Below are positions 58,874-64,000 of a stretch of 64,000 nt of DNA, piece after piece (position 1 is the first letter of the stretch; each line of letters begins with the position of its first letter). A program made the translations under genes and the position numbers. A model generated the notes under the pieces. The model was not told where the DNA came from. It made no database searches and was given only the letters and a program-made list of their open reading frames with translations. This DNA comes from Bugula neritina (lineage: Eukaryota; Animalia; Bryozoa): contig OZ037767.1 in NCBI GenBank assembly GCA_964035545.1, forward strand, positions 6,650,707 to 6,714,706. The letters are read 5' to 3'.

Positions 58874-60863
58874 GAACAGTTCTATAAAAACCCGAAGCTT
58901 TATATAATTATTGCAAGCACTTATGAATAGTTTCTTAATAATATATTAAAGTATAAATGGTTATGAAATATATACTCAATGTCTACAATTCACTCTCTGT
59001 TGGGCATAACTTGAATTGATTTCGTATGCAAAATCTTATTTTGCACAGCATAACATATAGACCAACAAAAAGAGCAATTTGTATGTAAACAGTTATATTA
59101 ACTATGAAATTTGTTGCAGCAGAACAATGTTGCGAAACAATAAAATTACAAAAGAACCAAGCTTTGAGTCATAAAATAAAATGGCCAACATTAGGGTAAA
59201 ATATGCCTTATTAAATTTCATGCTACCAATTTATTAACTAATTTTATAATTTAAGGTTCAGTTGACTTTTATTTTATTAAAACATCATTACTAATTACTT
59301 TAATAAATTTAGTACTTTTGTTTTTAACTGAAATAGACAATTGCAGAATCACTTTTGTACATTGAATGAATTTAACACTGTACATTACATGAATTATTGT
59401 GTAAACTCACAGTTGCTTTCATAAATGGGTTAAATGTTGTATCTATAGGTAGCTTAAAGACATTCCACAGCTGACCATTAATATGTATAGAACAGAACAT
59501 TCAGGTATTTTGAGTAAAGTAAATATATTCACATTCATGGTTCCTGCATTTCTTCTACAAAATTTGATACAGGAATTTTAAGGAAGTGAACACTACCAAA
59601 TATTTAGTCAACCAAAGCTAACTACTCTGGTAAATAGTAGCTAGTTATAATAGTTATTATAAACAAACAATAGATAACTTTATGTTAAAAAAAATTATTA
59701 TGTGGATTCAGGTGATGAAATTCTGTCATTCAAAATAACTTACAAAATACAGTTTAACCTAAATTAAAAATGCCCATATGGTAAAAGATAACGTTATGAC
59801 TAATGTGATCTGGGCCATATATATAACAGTATATAAAATATAGTATATTATATTACATTATATTCCAACTATTTATTGCAGAATAATGATATACTTTTAT
59901 AATAACTTTATTAATAAGTGCAGGCATGGTATCTTTGGCAATTATAACTTATAAAAGCATGCATCTATAACTGCCAGCTGTTATGGAAAAAAATGATCAA
60001 TGAGAAAACAACTCCTGGTTACTAACTACAGAAATATGTTATTGTGTATAAATACTCATTATACAAAGATTAATAAACTTACCTATTTTAGGCGGCCTGA
60101 AGTATGAAACTATTGAGCAGCACCAAACAAACCCTCCTATTACTTCAAACGGCAGCAAAAATTCTCCAACATATATAATTGTGAAAAGTAAATATTTTAC
60201 CAGACAGAGAAGTCACCTGTGCAGACTGGTCAGTATAGCTTCTACTACATCTACGACTAATTTGCAATGTGGTCTTTAATATTTCTAGATCTTCTCTTAG
60301 TTAAGTAGATTAATTACAAAGATTGCCAGGCAAGTTTCCTAGCATCGTGTAGCCTAAGCTAGTTAGCTACTGGAAACAGCATAGGGAATGGTCATTATTA
60401 TTTAGATTATTCAGTTAATCAAATGCTTAAATGACAGTGACTACTGAGATAAAAAGCAAACAAAAATTTTTGATCCTAATTATAGTAATTAGAAGAAAAA
60501 ATTCTTTACTTTTTTTTGGTACTAGATACTATAGAATTTCATCCCATTTACATTATAACATATTATGATATATTGATCTAAGCACTAACTAGGATGCGAA
60601 GATCTTGGATAAACTTGCAGCAAGTTTAGAAAAATTCAGCCATTTTGATAAGTTTCAGAATTTTACTAGACAACTTTATTTAATATGAGACGAGTCAGTT
60701 AATTAATGCATCACATTTTTTATTTGGTCTGTTATGCAAAAATGTTTTGCTTCTACGAAACTAATACTAAAGAAGAGAGGTGAAAAACAGCTATTAAATA
60801 GCGAAACCTTAAAAATAATCTGTTTAAAATTTTTAGTTATTCATAATAAAATGATTGTAATGG

Positions 60864-63528
60864 TTAAATATTTTCTTCTTCTATATTTACAATCTCTTCT
60901 GGAACACGTAGAGGCCACCTGTGCTGTGCCTTCATAATTAGTATGTAGACTAGCAGTAGAATCCCCTACAGAACAGGCAATTTATATACATACAAAAACT
61001 ATATTTAGTTTTGATTTTGATGTAACCATTTTTTCATGAATATATAGAGTAGACAGGTATAGGAAAGCATAATGCACCTAAAAATGTTACTGGTTCTCAT
61101 ATGCAACATATATTTTCCAGGAATACTATGCATTTCAGCAATGGATTCTGTAAATTACATATATTGTTTTTAATTCTTAAAAACAGACAATAAAGACTAA
61201 ACAGAACACACTTACAGTGAAAATGTTTAGAAATCCACAGACAGAGCACGCCCATGCAAACTCATACTGTTTAACTAAGTAACCAGCGAGAGTTGGTCCA
61301 AGAAATGCACCCAGTGAGAACCCAGATGTGAACAGTCCAGAAACCAACCCAAACGTCTGCAAGTTGTCCGGTAAACCACAACTTCTGTAAAAATACAAAT
61401 AGTTAAACACAACAGAGCTACGTGTCTTATATTTTGTAATAGCTGTTTAATATATCTATACAAGCTCTCATTTCTTTTTCAAAAACATCTTTTGTAGAAA
61501 AGTGTTGCAACATACAACTTGAACACATAGCTAGTACGTACTTGATTATTCACATATATACAGTTGTCTAGAATCTAAAGAAAATGATCACTAAAATATT
61601 TTGCCCTGACTTAACCAAAATAATAATATTGCTAGCAAAGGGCAAACGGTTGATAATCACCTTGCCATTCTGTATGAGAGAGGAAATATCGGAATTATGA
61701 TTCCTCCAGCACCAACACCAAACAGTATCAAAGCTATAACTGTTTCAGGTATGCTATAAAATAAATATACTTGTTGATACTATAACACATTTATATTTAA
61801 CATATCAAGTAAATAAGTTTCAGAACAGCCAATTCAATTCTAGATATTACCTAATAGAGATAAACTTTGCCAACCAAGGATTGGGTCCAAGTAGGAGAAA
61901 TCCTACTGCAGTGATAAAAGAACCAATCACGGCTAGTGACCCTTCTAGTCCCTAAGTTAAAGTAGAAAGAAAAGTTTAGATTAAACCTCTCAAATAGAAA
62001 ATTGTCAACACTCAAAGCGATAAGTTTTATAGAATATAATAACTAATTTGAATATATATATACTTTTAATTTCTACATATCATGTATCTAATCATCAAAG
62101 TAAAAGGTTTGAAAATTTCTCATAAATTTATGAACAAAACTCACTCATACAAGGTTATAGTCACTATCCCTGTGAGAAATCTTTGATGGAAAGGGTTTGT
62201 TCTTTAAGTGGGCTAAGGACTTATTTAGATAAGACACAAAAGCAATTATGACTAGATGCTCTTCCTGACCTCACCGATGACCTTGTCCGCCCCGACTCAT
62301 GACTTTCACGGGCTTTCCATGTACCGATCTCAGATCGATCTCGCTGAGATCGATCTGAGAAATGGGCTCAGATCGATCGTTTTTCCATGAGAGTGTCAGA
62401 TCGATCTCGCCGAAGTTACCTCCTCTTAAGTGAAGGATACTTTAAAAGTATAATTTGTTAACCTATTTGAGTGATTAAAAAGCTACTACTGTTGAAAACA
62501 AGATGGTCGTAGTCTAAAATTTAATCCCAGCTATAAACTATACGCAGCAAAGCTTTCAGTGTATGGTAATTTAGCCAATTTAAAATAATTAATTTTAATT
62601 TTTTAGCTTGACAGCTTATATAAAATTAATGGCTGTCTTGCAGATTATTAATAAACTTACAGGACTGTTAGGCTTAAAATTACAAAGAAAATAGCTAATG
62701 AAACTAAGTTTCAATAGTCATATAAATTCAATTTAAATTCTCCCATTTTTTTACCTTCTACTGCATATAATTGAGTTTTCTTAATCATTGTACTGAAGGT
62801 CAGAGTTTTTGGCATCTGAAAAGGTGGTTTCCATAATTATTTAATACTTTGCTCAGTAATTATCAATAAGTTATCATTTTTATTAGCAGACAACATTGTA
62901 GCGCGCAGTCTTTTTCTACTTCTCAGATCGATCTGGCGTCTTTCCATGGTCTTATTGACATGAGATCGATCTGAGTTCGAGCTCTACAGACCGACCAGCT
63001 CAGATCGACGGAGATCGATCTTTGGCGTCTTTCCATGGATCGATCTCGCTGAGATCGGTACATGGAAAGCCGGTGTTTGTGCTATGCAAACGCTCTAACC
63101 CCTAACCTCTAACCCCTAGACCACAGCTGCTCCCATTGAACTAGAAACTATATAAACTATATAGTTTCAGTTCAGTTCAGTTTAACTCTCTTCACAAATT
63201 TATGTACAAAGATGGTTCAAATTAAAGTTTTCAATAACCACTTATAAACAACACACTAAAAATATATAATATGTATTAGTTGCAAGTGCTATATAGTATG
63301 CAACAGAAAAATACATTATTTGCTCAAGAGTCTGTAGCAAACTTCTACTATATAAACAATGATGCAATTTGGGATGAGATAAAATTGTCATCCTTTAATA
63401 TTAAAAACTCTTCTGTTAGGAGCACTTACCTTGTCACTGATGTAGCCCATCACTGGGGCCAAGAGAGCATATATCCCTGAAGCTACAGTAAACAGCAAAC
63501 CTATTTGTGGTATGGATATGTTTGGAAA
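60864..63528 (-). CDS. SLC18B1: SLC18B1-like copy D, exons 8-12 (5' part beyond window)
   Basis: Exons 63528-63430, 61951-61851, 61753-61661, 61384-61216, 60965-60864; sizes 99/101/93/169/102 as in A; open frame. Confidence 0.85.
62143..63132 (-). mobile_element. tRNA-derived SINE copy split by a DNA transposon
   Basis: SINE body 62143-62306 and head 63076-63132 are contiguous once the insert is removed. Confidence 0.75.
62307..63075. mobile_element. Non-autonomous CACTA/CMC-like DNA transposon
   Basis: CAC...GTG ends; 27-bp TIR CACGGGCTTTCCATGTACCGATCTCAG (26/27 match); many subterminal GATCGATCT and TTCCATGG repeats; TT(T) TSD. Confidence 0.75.
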
Positions 63529-64000
63529 CTAAAAAGAGATATTTCAAATGTGAGAATCAGTTAGGTTTTTATTCAATTTGTTTGTTTTTTGCAAAAATTT
63601 ATTCATTTAAAGCTCTACCTCAAGATTCAAGGGTAAATATTTTTAAATGTCAAAGCATACTACTACGGTACTGAACACTCTTTGTTCTAGCTTAGAGTCA
63701 ATTTAATGTACATCAAGAATTGACAATACTGATATAATTAGCATTGCTTAATAAGAGTGAAGTTGTGAATTTGGAAAACTTTTGTGCAGTAATATTTAGC
63801 TCACTAAATTTATGTGTAGATTGGTGGAATAATTGTTACTTTCATGCAATAACTTTTATCGATATATTAAATGACTAGTAGAATTTTTTTGTTCTGAAAC
63901 TAATTTTTATACTAATTAATAAAAATGTAAATTTTGTGAAACATTATTGTACAAACTTATATATAATTGCTTTAAAAAATAGATTACCTAGACATTATAT

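Larger units (their letters stand above)
50236..60170 (-). pseudogene. SLC18B1-like copy C pseudogene (exons 6-12)
   Basis: ex6 60170-60083 (acceptor AG lost), ex7 59555-59411 (+5 nt), ex8 58320-~58240 (3' end lost), ex9 51552-51450 (+2), ex10 51345-51253, ex11 50898-50726 (+4), ex12 from 50394 (+4); exons 1-5 not found before the stop of copy D. Confidence 0.85.

Noticed and set aside
63094-63118. Telomere-like CTAACCC repeats
   Set aside because: Local duplication within the SINE head (CTCTAACCCCTAG)

Overview
AT-rich, intron-containing animal DNA, probably a marine invertebrate/lophotrochozoan (inference only); no prokaryotic features. The main content is a cluster of four SLC18B1-like MFS transporter paralogs. 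A (27195-33228, +) and B (43481-48934, +) are intact 12-exon genes. C (50236-60170, -) is a frameshifted pseudogene. D (60864->64000, -) shows only its open 3' exons. Nested antisense inside pseudogene C is an 11-repeat ankyrin gene whose in-frame splice donor leads to a decayed exon with a chymotrypsin-fold-like GDCGS (Cys nucleophile) motif. The left half holds: a decaying ~3 kb tandem array of an orphan membrane-protein family containing a perfect 530-bp palindrome; a secreted His/Pro/Gln-heptad + 2x TSP1 gene carrying one nonsense codon; and a secreted PAN/Apple + F-type lectin gene. Repeats include RTE LINE fragments (one 5'-inverted), a tRNA-Thr-derived SINE family, hAT/Harbinger/CACTA/piggyBac-like MITEs, and micro- and minisatellites. 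Several pseudogene lesions share a signature of 2-6 nt insertions that create short palindromes. All gene models were spliced by hand and are unverified by transcripts.
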